A stretch of DNA of 64,000 bases from Candidatus Bathyarchaeia archaeon (GTDB lineage Archaea > Thermoproteota > Bathyarchaeia > Bathyarchaeales > Bathycorpusculaceae): NCBI GenBank assembly GCA_038883775.1, contig JAVZLM010000001.1, positions 32,001-96,000 on the forward strand, read 5' to 3'. The translations under genes and the position numbers were made by a program. Under the pieces are notes generated by a model. It saw nothing but the letters and a program-made list of their open reading frames with translations, was not told where the DNA came from and did no database searches. This document shows positions 39,356 through 50,490 of the stretch, in pieces (the first letter of the stretch is position 1; the number at the start of each line of letters is the position of its first letter).

Positions 39356-40231
39356 TGTTGCTATCATAAAAAGTGAAACGTTAATCAATAATGAAAATTC
39401 TGGAACTATTGGGTAGTTGTCTTGATTGTTTTCAGCTATTACGTATGGGTCATCCCAAAATCCGTCGCTACCAGGCACGTCTTGATTTGGACCACTGTAA
39501 GCATCTCCAACGCCTGGATAACGTTCTTCGTAATCGCTCCAATAGTTGCCGCCTGAAGGATAGCCGTCATCCCAAGCATTTGAAGGATAAACCTCACCTG
39601 ACTCAATTTGTGTTTGGTTGATGTTGTTAATGAAGTAGTTATGGTGAAACTTATTATTTGAAGAGGATGCGCTGAGCCAGACTCCATTGTCGTTATCTGT
39701 TATGTTATTTCCAAACACCTCGTTATCGAAAGTCGTATCGAAATAGATGCCACAAGTATTGTTTGATATGACATTTCCAGAAATGATATTATCCCAAGTC
39801 TCACTGCTCCAAATGCCATAATTGCAATCTGTTATATTACATTCTAAGACTTTGTTATCGTTGGTGCTAATCAAGCCTATGCCAACCTCGCAACCTACTA
39901 TGTTCACATTTCGGATTGTCACGTTAACAGCAACCGTGTAACCTTCTATCTGGAACCCATACCATAACTCAGCTTCGGTGCCGTTAAGCGTAAAACCGGC
40001 CCCATCGATTGTTATGTTGCTTCTCAAAACCACAATAGAATCGTTAATGTCTCCTAAGAAAGTATATGTGACGTTATCTGAACTAAAGATTTTATCTGCG
40101 CCCTCAACAGAACCATCAGCATTAATGTAAATGGTTCCACCACCAGCTTTTGTCCACTGAACCTTAGTTGCTGCAACCAAGGCGCTTATTAGAACAATAA
40201 CCACAAATGTCGGCAATAGAATCTTTTTCAT
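39314..40231 (-). CDS. Secreted NosD/CASH beta-helix protein with PEF-CTERM-like sorting signal
   Basis: Signal peptide, N-rich GI.L..S..N.I..N repeats, GGNYWSDY, C-terminal VPEF + TM + RRK. Confidence 0.85.
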   Translation of the reverse strand: MKKILLPTFVVIVLISALVAATKVQWTKAGGGTIYINADGSVEGADKIFSSDNVTYTFLGDINDSIVVLRSNITIDGAGFTLNGTEAELWYGFQIEGYTVAVNVTIRNVNIVGCEVGIGLISTNDNKVLECNITDCNYGIWSSETWDNIISGNVISNNTCGIYFDTTFDNEVFGNNITDNDNGVWLSASSSNNKFHHNYFINNINQTQIESGEVYPSNAWDDGYPSGGNYWSDYEERYPGVGDAYSGPNQDVPGSDGFWDDPYVIAENNQDNYPIVPEFSLLINVSLFMIATLSIVMIYRRKQNI

Positions 40232-40385
40232 ACTACATCGCTCATTATTTTTAACATTTCAGTTTTAAGGCTTGTGGAAACATTCTCTATATTGCCACCA
40301 ACGTAAAATACGTGAAGCGGATTTTGGAGTAGAAAAATAGCTTAACTATCAAAAATAAATGTAAAAAAGGAAAAATTTTGGGTTT

Positions 40386-42041
40386 TTAGTATTCTTCGCC
40401 GCCGTACTCTGATGGTCCTTTAGAGGGTTTCTTCTCCTTGGCTTCTTTTTCCATGCCCTTCGCTGCAATCAAATCATCAATTTTCAATATCATGTTAGCT
40501 GCTTCTGTAGCTGACTTGACCACTTGCTGTTTTACACGCAAAGGCTCAACAACGTTCAGTTCAAGCATGTCTCTAACTTTGCCAGAAAAGACATCCACGC
40601 CGTAGGATGGTGATGTTGCGCTTTCATGTTTGGCTCTTAAAGCAACCATAATGTCAATTGGGTCTAAACCAGCATTTTCAGCCAAAGTCAAAGGAATAGC
40701 CTCAATGGCATCAGCAAAGGCTTCAATAGCTAACTGTTCTCTTCCTCCAACCTTAACCGCATATTCCCTCAAGTGTCTTGCAACATGTGCCTCTGGAGCG
40801 CCGCCGCCAGCAACAATTTTGCCGTCTTCAATGGCGTTTCTCACCACACATAAGGCGTCATGCAGTGAACGTTCAGCCTCGTCTACGACATGTTCTGTTC
40901 CGCCTCTGACAACTATCGTAACAGCTTTCGGATTCTTGCACTCTCGCACATAAACAAGCTTGTCGTCGCCAATCTTGACTTCTTCCACAATTTTTGCTTC
41001 TCCAAGCACATCAGCCGTTAACTCCTTAACGCTTGCCATTATCTTGCCTCCAGTAGCCTTAGCAAGTTTTTCCATGTCGCTGCTGCTGACATTTTTGACT
41101 GCCAGAATGCCTCGTTTTGCCAAGAAGTGCAATGCAACATCGTCTATACCCTTCTCACAGAAGACAACATTAGCGCCTGTCTCGGCAATTTTGTCAACCA
41201 TCTCCTTTAGCATGCGTTCTTCTTCATCTAAAAAGAGTTTCATCTGCTCTGGACTTTCGATGTTTATTTTTGCGTCAAACTCCGTCTTCTCAATCTCAAG
41301 CTTGGCATTAAGCAAAGCAATCTTTGCTTTTGTGACAAGTTTTGGCATTTGTGGGTGGGCAACCTCTTTATCTATAACCATGCCCCTGACAAGCTCTGTT
41401 TCTTCAAGGCTTTTTCCATGCTTTTTCAAAACTTTTATTAAGTCAATATCCGCTTTGAGCTTTCCATCCTTTTCTTCTGTAACCTGCTTAACGGCTTCTA
41501 CTGCCAACTTGGCAAAGTGCTCTTTCGCCACTGTAATGCCTTTGCTTCCCATGGAGGTGATAGCCACATCTATTAAGCGTTCGTCATCCTTAATGCTTAT
41601 GGGAATTGCCATTTTCTCCAAAACTTCTTGGGCTTTTTCGCTGGCTTTCTTGTATCCGTCAATGATGACTGTGGGGTGAATGTTCTGGTCTAGAAGGTTT
41701 TCAGCCTTACTTAGAAGTTCTCCAGCCAAAACCACCGCTGTTGTTGTTCCGTCGCCCACTTCGTTGTCTTGGGCTTTTGCAACTTCAACAAGCATTTTGG
41801 CTGCTGGATGCTGCACGTCAAGCTCCTTCATTATTGTTGCGCCGTCGTTTGTTATTGAAACGTCTCCGAAGCTGCTGACAAGCATCTTATCCATGCCCTT
41901 CGGTCCCAAAGTGGTTTTAATGGTTTCGGCTATTATTTTCGCAGCCATAATGTTGTTTCTTTGCGCTTCCCTTCCCGTTGTTCTTCCAGTTCCTTCCTTC
42001 AACACCAAGACGGGAACGGTTCCTGAAGGTACAGCAGCCAT
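40386..42041 (-). CDS. ths: Thermosome subunit, paralog 2
   Basis: [23 protein letters not shown]. Confidence 0.97.
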   Translation of the reverse strand: MAAVPSGTVPVLVLKEGTGRTTGREAQRNNIMAAKIIAETIKTTLGPKGMDKMLVSSFGDVSITNDGATIMKELDVQHPAAKMLVEVAKAQDNEVGDGTTTAVVLAGELLSKAENLLDQNIHPTVIIDGYKKASEKAQEVLEKMAIPISIKDDERLIDVAITSMGSKGITVAKEHFAKLAVEAVKQVTEEKDGKLKADIDLIKVLKKHGKSLEETELVRGMVIDKEVAHPQMPKLVTKAKIALLNAKLEIEKTEFDAKINIESPEQMKLFLDEEERMLKEMVDKIAETGANVVFCEKGIDDVALHFLAKRGILAVKNVSSSDMEKLAKATGGKIMASVKELTADVLGEAKIVEEVKIGDDKLVYVRECKNPKAVTIVVRGGTEHVVDEAERSLHDALCVVRNAIEDGKIVAGGGAPEAHVARHLREYAVKVGGREQLAIEAFADAIEAIPLTLAENAGLDPIDIMVALRAKHESATSPSYGVDVFSGKVRDMLELNVVEPLRVKQQVVKSATEAANMILKIDDLIAAKGMEKEAKEKKPSKGPSEYGGEEY

Positions 42042-42141
42042 TTTCCATCACCTCCTCATAAGCCTTTTATGCGTTATGATTGTTAAGCTGAAACAAGCAG
42101 AATTTTACACGAAAAACACTTAAATATAAACTTTTCTAAGC

Positions 42142-43200
42142 TCATGCTTTAAAAATTTTGTATCCAGCAGCCTTCCTAAGCCTATTCATAACAGCCAAAC
42201 CCAGCCCTTCCATTGGCAAACCCTCGGCAACTATAACATCAACCTTTTCGGAATCGAATTCCCTTAAAAGTCTAAAGAGGTTATTCGCAATTACTGTCAA
42301 GTTTTTTCTGCTTCCAAGAGACTTTACAACATCAGCCCTATAACAGTCAAAGTTTTCGTCCGTTGTAAGAACGCCAACCCGCCTATTCTCTTGTTTATAA
42401 AAATCCACAAGCTCCTTCACTTTACCCACAATTTTTGAGGCTTCCCCCTCCACCAAAACCACTTCAGCGTTTGGAGCATAATGCTTATGTTTTACGCCGG
42501 GCGAACGGGCTTTCTCAATGGCTACTTCCCTATCAGCAATTGCCACTGGATGAAGTTCCACATTGCCTAGAATTTTCTTTAAATCTTCGTAGGGGGTTCC
42601 GCCTGGACGCAAAATTTGTGGAGGCTCAACAGTCATGTCTAAAACTGTTGATTCCACCCCAATACGCGTGAGTCCAGCATCTAAAATTGCGTCTATTCTA
42701 CCGTTAAGATCTTCGAGAACATGCTCTGCAGATGTGGGGCTTGGTTTTCCAGCAAGGTTTGCACTTGGAGCCGCTATTGGACAGTTGCTTTCTCTTAACA
42801 ATGCTAAGGCAACGTTGTGTCTCGGCATTCGAATTGCAATAGTATCCAAACCTGCAACCGTCACGCTTGGCACAACGCTAGAACGTTTAAAAATTAAAGT
42901 TAAGGGTCCAGGCCAAAACCTTCGCATGAGCATGTCAGCTTTTGGCGGAATCTCCTTCACCAGTTTGTATATGTTTTCTATTTTTCCAACATGCACTATT
43001 GGTGGATTATCCAATGGTCTTTTTTTGGCTTCAAACAAAGCTAAAACGGCTTTTGCATTTAATGCGTCTGCCCCCAAACCATAAACTGTTTCTGTTGGAA
43101 AAGCCACCAAACCGCCTTTCTTGATAATGTTGGCTGCCAAACGAATAGCATTATTTTCTGGGTTTTTCGGGTCAACCTTAAACACTAATGTTTTTTTCAT
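42142..43200 (-). CDS. sua5: Threonylcarbamoyl-AMP synthase
   Basis: PTETVYGL, KKRP.DNP, PSAN, PGVKHKHY; SUA5 C-terminal domain. Confidence 0.95.
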   Translation of the reverse strand: MKKTLVFKVDPKNPENNAIRLAANIIKKGGLVAFPTETVYGLGADALNAKAVLALFEAKKRPLDNPPIVHVGKIENIYKLVKEIPPKADMLMRRFWPGPLTLIFKRSSVVPSVTVAGLDTIAIRMPRHNVALALLRESNCPIAAPSANLAGKPSPTSAEHVLEDLNGRIDAILDAGLTRIGVESTVLDMTVEPPQILRPGGTPYEDLKKILGNVELHPVAIADREVAIEKARSPGVKHKHYAPNAEVVLVEGEASKIVGKVKELVDFYKQENRRVGVLTTDENFDCYRADVVKSLGSRKNLTVIANNLFRLLREFDSEKVDVIVAEGLPMEGLGLAVMNRLRKAAGYKIFKA

Positions 43201-43300
43201 TATAGTTCAGCAGCTACCTTTACCATTAGTCAAGTAAGCTTGATTATTTAAACACATTTCAATCTATGGTAGAAAAATAAAGAGGTGCAGCTCGGCAATT

Positions 43301-44197
43301 TTAGGGAGCTTTCGGTTTTCTGGCACCGTAAACTATTATTCCGACACCGATCAGTATCCAGCCTATCCCGAAGAAAATCCATCCGTACGAGTTGTTTAGT
43401 GCAGCATTAGCTTGAATACGTTGTGCATCCGCCAATGAATCATAATAATCTAGCATTGCATCCTCAAAATTTGTTCCTTTTTCGTTCCAGGCGTCAAGAG
43501 CTTCGGTGAAATATTGGTCTGCATTTTGGAAGCATGTCTTCGCATTTTCAAAGTCTCCATTTGTGAAATATTGCCTTCCTATGGTATACTCCATATAAGC
43601 TTTGACGAAAAGAACCTGTGCTTCGGTTGCGTTGATTGCAGAAGGCGGTATTGTTATACTTGTCATAAAGCCTTTGAGCTTATTGTAGAGTTGAAAACTA
43701 TCAAAGTGAGCTTCAGACATAACTGCGAAGTTGCTACCCCTCCAATACCAATCCATTCGTGGAGCTGTATCACCTTCAACGGTATATTCTACATAAACAG
43801 TGTATGAGTGTACCCAGGTTTCAGGAGCAACAGTCAATGGCGGTGTTACATTTCCCACATTGAAAACCTTGACTTCAAGGGGTTCCATCCGAACAGGAGT
43901 GTCAAACGTATAGTTATACCATTTGCCCCAATCAAAATACACTTTTATCGCTGTGATGTTGACAGGCATATTTATGCGTGGTGGCGGAGGAGGAGTTAGA
44001 TAATCGTTGTATATACTTATCGAAATATTCCACCAAGTCTCTGTTTCATAAGCAACAACATTTTGGTGGTAATACAAATCTTCACCTACTGAAGAGTTTA
44101 TCCAAGCGAAATGCTCTATGCTTGCTGTCGCTGTTTTCGTTACAAGTAAAGGTACCAGCAGCAAAAGCAATAGTGAACACAAAATTTTTCTCTTCAT
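43301..44197 (-). CDS. Secreted/membrane-anchored hypothetical protein
   Basis: Signal peptide, beta-rich domain with PPPPP insert, helical region, C-terminal TM. Confidence 0.75.
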   Translation of the reverse strand: MKRKILCSLLLLLLVPLLVTKTATASIEHFAWINSSVGEDLYYHQNVVAYETETWWNISISIYNDYLTPPPPPRINMPVNITAIKVYFDWGKWYNYTFDTPVRMEPLEVKVFNVGNVTPPLTVAPETWVHSYTVYVEYTVEGDTAPRMDWYWRGSNFAVMSEAHFDSFQLYNKLKGFMTSITIPPSAINATEAQVLFVKAYMEYTIGRQYFTNGDFENAKTCFQNADQYFTEALDAWNEKGTNFEDAMLDYYDSLADAQRIQANAALNNSYGWIFFGIGWILIGVGIIVYGARKPKAP

Positions 44198-44275
44198 ATT
44201 AATCCCAGCAACGGTTTTATTCCGACTCTGAATATTAAACTTGCGAATTTTCAATAAGAATTGTAGCAGAAAATT

Positions 44276-44773
44276 TTAGACCACATAATAGTCTATAACT
44301 TTTTTCATGCTTTTTGGTGTTGCTTGTCTCATGGCAAGTTGTTTCAGTATTTTTATCACTTGGGGCTGAAAACGTGCTATATCTGTGAGCGAAACCAAAC
44401 CCACGAGACGTTTTCCATCAACAACCGGCAACTTTTTAATTTTCATCTGAAACATGAGCCTTACAGCCTCTTCCAAATCCATGCTGGGTTCAACAACAAC
44501 CAGCGGGCTCGACATAACATCTTTCACTTTTGTTTTGTTTGCATCCCTTGCTTCGGCAACAACCCTCTTTAGCAAGTCTCTTTCCGTTATTATTCCCATG
44601 GCTTTTCCTTTTCTCACGGCAATTAAACAGCCAATTTCAAACTTGTTCATGATTTCTGCTGCTTCTTTCACTGTTGAGTTTTCGTCTATTGTTATTACTT
44701 CTTTGACCATGACGTCCTCAACTTTTAATGATATTCCGCTTTCTTCTTTTTCCTCTTCAGACAATGGAACCAC
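44276..44773 (-). CDS. CBS-domain pair protein
   Basis: VEDVM...GIITERD...VKDVM...LPVV..GLVSLTD. Confidence 0.92.
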   Translation of the reverse strand: MVPLSEEEKEESGISLKVEDVMVKEVITIDENSTVKEAAEIMNKFEIGCLIAVRKGKAMGIITERDLLKRVVAEARDANKTKVKDVMSSPLVVVEPSMDLEEAVRLMFQMKIKKLPVVDGKRLVGLVSLTDIARFQPQVIKILKQLAMRQATPKSMKKVIDYYVV

Positions 44774-44807
44774 CGCCCTTTTCTATCTTTAAAATCCAAT
44801 ATATAAG

Positions 44808-46148
44808 TTAATGTGCTAAAAATTTTTGAACAAGCTTCTGAACTTCGCTGCCAACGGGGATTTTTGCTCGCTCAAACTTCTCTTTAGGCTTTGTGAATGG
44901 TCTTGTGGCATCCAACCCCATTTTGCTTGTCAACCCAGTCTCTTGGTCAGCAGAAGAATCCAATGTTGAACCACGAACATTATTCAAAATTATTAAATCT
45001 TCGCTTGCCTGAAAACGCGTTGCCACAGCCCACTCCACATCATTTGGATCAAAAACGTTAATGTCAGAATCCACAACCACAGCATGCTTTAAGCTTGGAT
45101 GGGCAGCAAAAGCAGCCAACAAAGCATTCTTTCCATCCCCATCAAGCTGCTTTTCAATGGATATTATTGCATGAAGCCATCCGCTTCCGCCAACCGAAAG
45201 GTTTACGGCATAAACTTTTGGCACAACTTTTGAAACGGCTTCCCAAATCAAAACTTCATGAGGCAAACCCATCAAGAGTTTATGCTCCGCTCCAGAGGGC
45301 AAAAGCGCTTGGTAGATATACTCTTCCCTATGCATGATATTTAAAACTTCCACAACGGGCTGGCGTCTTTGAATATCGTAAGTTCCAGTTATATCCACAA
45401 AGGGTCCTTCAGCGACTTCCTCTTTTGCAGAAATTTTGCCCTCAATGACTAGTTCTGTGTCTGCGGGCGCATAACCTTCTACATAGTCGCATTCAACTAA
45501 ACGTAAACCATTATCCAATAAGGCATTTGCCACATCAAACTCGTTAACGCCGAAAGGAACGGGGGAAGAAGCAGCCAAAATAACTGCTGGATGAACACCA
45601 ACGGAAATTGCCACCTCCAAATCTTTACCAGAGGCTTTTGCTGTTTGCCATAAACTGTAAAGATGTCTAGGAACCAAACGAATTGCTAAACGTTTCTTAT
45701 CCAAAACTTGAAGGCGATGAACCGAAACATTCTCAACTTTTCCATCAACACTTTTCGCGTAAACAACTGCCGAAGTAATGTATGGACCAGCATCCTTCTC
45801 AAAATGCGTCAAAACAGGAATCTTAGACAAATCTTTCTCAATAATTTCTTTTACTGGTCCGTCTCCGATAACTTTTGGTTTTTTTGGTGAACGCCAAGCT
45901 TCTGTCAATCTTTTATAAAGCCCGTCTTGGTCAACGTTTAGGGCTGTACAAATTCTTTTTCTGGTTCCGCAAACGTTGGCAACAATCCTTGTTTTGTAAT
46001 TTTTTACGTTTTCAAAAATTAAAATCGGACCTTGATTGTCGAAGTTTTTCATTATGAATGGAATTTCAAAGCGAGTTGATACGCTGTCTTTTATATGCAG
46101 TGTTTCCTTTTCTTTTTCCATTTTTTCGAGAAACTCTCGGAGGCTCAT
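44808..46148 (-). CDS. UbiD-family decarboxylase (possibly anhydromevalonate-phosphate decarboxylase of the archaeal mevalonate pathway)
   Basis: EGPFVD.TG.Y, VVDSDINVFD..DVEWA.ATR, KMGLDAT. Confidence 0.9.
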   Translation of the reverse strand: MSLREFLEKMEKEKETLHIKDSVSTRFEIPFIMKNFDNQGPILIFENVKNYKTRIVANVCGTRKRICTALNVDQDGLYKRLTEAWRSPKKPKVIGDGPVKEIIEKDLSKIPVLTHFEKDAGPYITSAVVYAKSVDGKVENVSVHRLQVLDKKRLAIRLVPRHLYSLWQTAKASGKDLEVAISVGVHPAVILAASSPVPFGVNEFDVANALLDNGLRLVECDYVEGYAPADTELVIEGKISAKEEVAEGPFVDITGTYDIQRRQPVVEVLNIMHREEYIYQALLPSGAEHKLLMGLPHEVLIWEAVSKVVPKVYAVNLSVGGSGWLHAIISIEKQLDGDGKNALLAAFAAHPSLKHAVVVDSDINVFDPNDVEWAVATRFQASEDLIILNNVRGSTLDSSADQETGLTSKMGLDATRPFTKPKEKFERAKIPVGSEVQKLVQKFLAH

Positions 46149-46516
46149 GTTCCCGCTTTCTCTCCTTCAATTTCTGCTTTGGCAACTTTTTCAATTAGTT
46201 TCATAAAAATTGATTGAGCTTGCATTTCGTTAATTGTTTCAAGGTAAATGGAAACTAAGGCAATTTTCTGTTTTCTCGAGGCAATGTATTCGGCGAACAT
46301 GCGGGCTGAAATTGCATTTTTGTCGCCTAAAAGCACCGACGACGAAACTGGTCCTATCAAATCCCTTGGTTTTGGAACAGCAACTGCCAAAGTTCCAAGC
46401 TTGTCCTCTCTTTCGCTTAGAAGAATTAGGCATGCATTCCGAGTTTCCACATAAACAGCCAAAAAATGGATGTTCTGCTCAATAACTTCTTCTTTAACGA
46501 TTTTTGCACGTTCCAT
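46145..46516 (-). CDS. Hypothetical protein (possibly proteasome assembly chaperone PAC4-like)
   Basis: KLGTLAVAVP...SSVLLG pattern; overlaps the ubiD start. Confidence 0.55.
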   Translation of the reverse strand: MERAKIVKEEVIEQNIHFLAVYVETRNACLILLSEREDKLGTLAVAVPKPRDLIGPVSSSVLLGDKNAISARMFAEYIASRKQKIALVSIYLETINEMQAQSIFMKLIEKVAKAEIEGEKAGT

Positions 46517-46585
46517 CGCGATTCTCCATTGCTTATTTATAACTTAATAATTCACTATTTATTGTTTTCAAAGGCGAAACACGAA

Positions 46586-47242
46586 ATGAATGAGAATCGT
46601 GCTGGAAAAATCCTTCAAACGCTTCAGAAAACATTCACAATGCCAAAATGGGTTACCTCAAACAGAGATCCCTTTGAAACATTAATTGTTACAATAATTT
46701 CGCAGAACACTGCCGACAGAAACACGGCAAAAGCCTTCGAAAACCTTTCGAGACAATTCAAAATAACGCCCGAAGTGTTGGCGAATGCGGAAATAAGCCA
46801 AATTGAAAGATGCTTGAGAGTTGCTGGCTTATACAGAAACAAAGCCAAAAAAATAAGGCAAATTTCAAAAATAATTCTTGAAGAATTTCATGGCACTTTA
46901 AATCCCATCTTATCGTTGCCCTTCGAAGAAGCAAGAAAAACGCTTCTCAAACTTCCTGGTGTTGGACCTAAAACTGCCGATGTGCTTCTACTTTTTTGTT
47001 CGAAAAAGCCCACAATTCCAGTGGACACTCATGTGAACCGCGTGGCAAAGCGTTTGGGTTTGGCGCCACAAAACGGCGATTATGAAATAGTTCGCCAATC
47101 TCTTCAATCCCTCTATAACCCAAAAGATTATCTTGCAGTTCACATTTTGCTGATTTTGCTTGGCAGAAAATATTGCAGAGCCAGAAACCCCCTTTGTAAG
47201 CATTGCCCAGTAAACACGTATTGCCCTTCGAGGCAATTATAA
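46586..47242 (+). CDS. nth: Endonuclease III
   Basis: HhH LPGVGPKTA, PVDTHV, C-x6-C-x2-C-x5-C Fe-S motif. Confidence 0.95.
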   Translation: MNENRAGKILQTLQKTFTMPKWVTSNRDPFETLIVTIISQNTADRNTAKAFENLSRQFKITPEVLANAEISQIERCLRVAGLYRNKAKKIRQISKIILEEFHGTLNPILSLPFEEARKTLLKLPGVGPKTADVLLLFCSKKPTIPVDTHVNRVAKRLGLAPQNGDYEIVRQSLQSLYNPKDYLAVHILLILLGRKYCRARNPLCKHCPVNTYCPSRQL

Positions 47243-47261
47243 ACGAATTTTTGATTATTGC

Positions 47262-48560
47262 CTAAAGTTTTACGAATGCGACTTCTTCTGTGAAAGCTGG
47301 AGTTTCCTTTAGATTTTTGTCCAGTTTAACCCTTCCTAAGGCAACTGTGGAAATTTTTTCGGAGACTGGGGTGAAAATTTTTAGGGTTTTTCTGCCATAG
47401 TCAATTTCTCTTAGGATGCCTATGCCGAGAAATTTTCTTTCGTTATTGTATAAAGCCAACAGCAAGCCTTCCTCTTCGCCTTTTCGGAAAACCACGACTT
47501 TCTTCCCAAAAGCTTCCTCCAGTTTTTTTATGTTTTCCTCCCTAATCCAACGTCCCACACCAATAACCATGCAAACTTTATCTTTTAGTTCTGCAAAATG
47601 CAATGGTTTCATCCCCAAAAGCTCGTAGGTTTTCTTCGCTTGTCTTGTGTTTTCATGGGATGTGCCCAAGCCGAAGAATTCATTTGCTTCAATTTTTAAC
47701 CAGCTTATTGGGAGTGTTTGCACTTTTGCGTTTTTCAAATATTTTATGTATCCCAGCTCCCGGAGGCTTCTTCTTTTTTCCCTGCTCCTCTGTTTTATGG
47801 TTGGAGGAGATTCCACGACAATTTTCTGGAATCCTTCAAGGCTGTTGAGGATAGGCGTTAACTCATCTTTTTGTTGGATGCAGAAGATTATGTGTGGGTT
47901 AAGCTCTTTTACAAGTTGGACTTTATAGTTTACGGCGTCTTCTCCCTCAATCCAACCGTCTGTGTTGATGACAATAAAGTCTGGATTGCCGTCTAAAATT
48001 TCCCTTTTTAGTGAAGTCACTCCTTCAATTACTTTGTTTATGGCTAGGCTTGGCGAAGTGTAGCCTATGAAAAAGGCGTTTTTTGCTTCCAAGTTAAACA
48101 AGTCGGTTACTGGCTTTGTTAGGAAAGTGTAGGCAACTGTGCAAGGTGGACCAATGTCAGATTGACCTAAATCACCATCTAATATGGCCACTTTCTGTTT
48201 TTCTTGCAATAACCTATTTGTTAAGTATGTGCAGAAACTTGTTTTTCCAGAATCAACCGTTCCCAAAACCATTGCGACAACGGGTTTACTTTGAAAATTC
48301 AGAAGCTGTTCATACGCTTCAGTCCAAGACTGTGGAATAGTGTTTCCATCAACTTCTTCGACGCTTGCATTTTCTCCCAATGAAATTTCAAGGATTATTG
48401 TTTCTTTAGCTGTGAAGGGTAATCTTTTACCTTCACGTATTACAACCTTGCCTCTGCTCTCAACTGTGGAGCCGAAGACTTCCGCAGTTCCTGAAGTGAC
48501 AGTGACGGATGCTGGTCCATCAACGAGCAGAGTTTTCCCCTTCTCAACGGTTTTATTCAT
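47262..48560 (-). CDS. Clp1/Nol9/Grc3-family polynucleotide 5'-kinase
   Basis: GTVDSGKT, DLGQSDIGPP, INTDGW, R..RR..R. Confidence 0.88.
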   Translation of the reverse strand: MNKTVEKGKTLLVDGPASVTVTSGTAEVFGSTVESRGKVVIREGKRLPFTAKETIILEISLGENASVEEVDGNTIPQSWTEAYEQLLNFQSKPVVAMVLGTVDSGKTSFCTYLTNRLLQEKQKVAILDGDLGQSDIGPPCTVAYTFLTKPVTDLFNLEAKNAFFIGYTSPSLAINKVIEGVTSLKREILDGNPDFIVINTDGWIEGEDAVNYKVQLVKELNPHIIFCIQQKDELTPILNSLEGFQKIVVESPPTIKQRSREKRRSLRELGYIKYLKNAKVQTLPISWLKIEANEFFGLGTSHENTRQAKKTYELLGMKPLHFAELKDKVCMVIGVGRWIREENIKKLEEAFGKKVVVFRKGEEEGLLLALYNNERKFLGIGILREIDYGRKTLKIFTPVSEKISTVALGRVKLDKNLKETPAFTEEVAFVKL

Positions 48561-49197
48561 TTATTTTCCTCCGTGGAAATTTGCGTCCATTTCTTCCAGC
48601 AATTCTTATGGCCGAGGCTATGTCTCTTAATCCCCTTCTATATCCAACCTCGTTAGGTTTTCGGTCTGTTCCAGTTTCGCTTACGCTTTCTAATGTTATA
48701 TTTGAAGGTAGCATTTTATCCAAAGCTTTTAAAAGCTTCTCCTTATACATTGGAACTCCGTCTCCAACTTTTACTGAAAAAGATGTTGCTTGACTTTTTC
48801 CGAAACTTTTAACAGTGCTTTTTATCTTATTTAAAGTCTCGTTAACGCTAAAGCAATTTCCTGTTTCAATAACATTCCCATCGGCCAAAACTGCTAATCC
48901 AAAAACTTCGCCTGGATCTACACCTATAACTATTTTTTCATAATTCTCTTTTCCTTGAACAAGCTGTAATGCCTCATTTATCAATGCCTCTGGTTCCACG
49001 CCTTCTTGGTAGACCAAGATTTTTTCATGGTTTATAAGGGGTTTCTCTTCTTTGGTTGTTATGACAACCTTAACTTCTATCGGAATGGAATCTTTTGGCG
49101 TTAGACTTAGGAAAGGTACATTTTTCCTTTTCAATTCATTAACAATTAGGTAGTAGGCTTTCCCCGAAACTGTTGCAACCGCAATTTTCGCTTTCAT
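48553..49197 (-). CDS. Hypothetical protein with RNase H-like (YqgF-like) domain
   Basis: IGVDPG..FGLAV, KVGDG, VSE.GT, D..SA. Confidence 0.7.
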   Translation of the reverse strand: MKAKIAVATVSGKAYYLIVNELKRKNVPFLSLTPKDSIPIEVKVVITTKEEKPLINHEKILVYQEGVEPEALINEALQLVQGKENYEKIVIGVDPGEVFGLAVLADGNVIETGNCFSVNETLNKIKSTVKSFGKSQATSFSVKVGDGVPMYKEKLLKALDKMLPSNITLESVSETGTDRKPNEVGYRRGLRDIASAIRIAGRNGRKFPRRKINE

Positions 49198-49272
49198 ACG
49201 CCTTTCCTGTTTTTATGAAGTTTTGAACACAAAGCAAATTATTAGTTTCGTGGTTTATATTCCTTGATGTGC

Positions 49273-49977
49273 ATGACCTTGCTGCAAAAAATTTCCACGG
49301 GTTGCAGAGGACTTGACAAGTTTCTGGAGGGGGGCATCCCATTTGAAAGTGTTAGCTTAATTTATGGAGAGGCGGAAACTGGAAAAACCACTTTGGCTAC
49401 GCAGTTAGCTGTGAACTGCGCACTTAAGGGTTACAAAACGCTATTTGTGGACTGTGACGGCACTTTCTCGACGCGGCGCCTTTCTCAGATAGCTTCTGAA
49501 AATTTTGAAAGAGTTGCTGAACAAGTAATTTTGATGAGACCAAAAATTTTCCGTGAACAGATGCTAGTGATAGATAAGTTGCCAGAATATATTGCCAAAA
49601 ACTTTGGGCTGGTGGTTGTTGACACGCTCACATCACTTTATCGTGTGGAAATTGCGGAACATCCAAATAAAGCCTTCGAGCTTAACCGCGAATTGAACAG
49701 GCAAATGGCTTTGTTGGCGCAAATTGCCAAAACAAGAAAAATTTCGGTCACAATAACAAGTCAAGTGCGAAGCGTTTTCAATGAGGCTTATGTTAGCATT
49801 GAACCGGTTGCTACCAGAGTCTTAAAATTTTGGGCAGACATAATAATCGCCTTGCGCCCAACCGAAAACCCCCAAGTGATTAGGGCGGTTTTGGAGAAAA
49901 GTCCAAAAGGAAATCAACCACAGACTCTTCAATTAAAAATAGAAGAAACTGGAATCCACGAGTATCCAACTCCTTAA
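49273..49977 (+). CDS. radB: DNA repair protein RadB
   Basis: ISTGC..LD..L.GG, GEAETGKT, VVVDT; no N-terminal RadA domain. Confidence 0.85.
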   Translation: MTLLQKISTGCRGLDKFLEGGIPFESVSLIYGEAETGKTTLATQLAVNCALKGYKTLFVDCDGTFSTRRLSQIASENFERVAEQVILMRPKIFREQMLVIDKLPEYIAKNFGLVVVDTLTSLYRVEIAEHPNKAFELNRELNRQMALLAQIAKTRKISVTITSQVRSVFNEAYVSIEPVATRVLKFWADIIIALRPTENPQVIRAVLEKSPKGNQPQTLQLKIEETGIHEYPTP

Positions 49978-49989
49978 TGGTTGTGGAAA

Positions 49990-50484
49990 ATGGATATAAC
50001 ACAACTAATCATCGAGGCATTAAAATTCATATTCCCTGCCTACTGCGCCAACGCCATACCAGTAATCACTGGCGGAGGCTATCCCATCGATTTTGGTAAA
50101 AAGTTTTTTGATGGAAAACCAATTTTTGGAAAAAACAAAACCTTTCGAGGCTTCTTTTCAGGATTAATCGTTGGAACGAGTGTGGGATTATTAGAAAGCA
50201 TTCTTTTCAATTATCCCATACCCTTTGGTTTACTCTTGTCTCTTGGGGCGTTGGTTGGAGATTTAGCTGGCGCCTTCTTAAAAAGGAGGCTTGGAATATC
50301 TCCTGGAGACTTGTTGCCAATCATTGACCAAGTTGACTTTATTATAGGTGCAGTTTTGTTTTCACTTCCACTTTCAATATTGGATTTAAATCTTGCAATA
50401 ATAGTGTTAATTATAACTCCGCCTATACACTTGTTGACAAATTTTACAGCCTACAAGTTAGGTTTAAAAAATAATCCTTGGTAG
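49990..50484 (+). CDS. carS: CDP-archaeol synthase
   Basis: PAYCAN, PIDFG, GKNKTFRG, GDL.GAF.KRR, DQVDF. Confidence 0.93.
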   Translation: MDITQLIIEALKFIFPAYCANAIPVITGGGYPIDFGKKFFDGKPIFGKNKTFRGFFSGLIVGTSVGLLESILFNYPIPFGLLLSLGALVGDLAGAFLKRRLGISPGDLLPIIDQVDFIIGAVLFSLPLSILDLNLAIIVLIITPPIHLLTNFTAYKLGLKNNPW

Positions 50485-50490
50485 GGTTTT

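Noticed and set aside
40386-42041. Second thermosome gene as a recent duplication
   Set aside because: The two copies are strongly diverged; alpha/beta paralogs are normal in archaea
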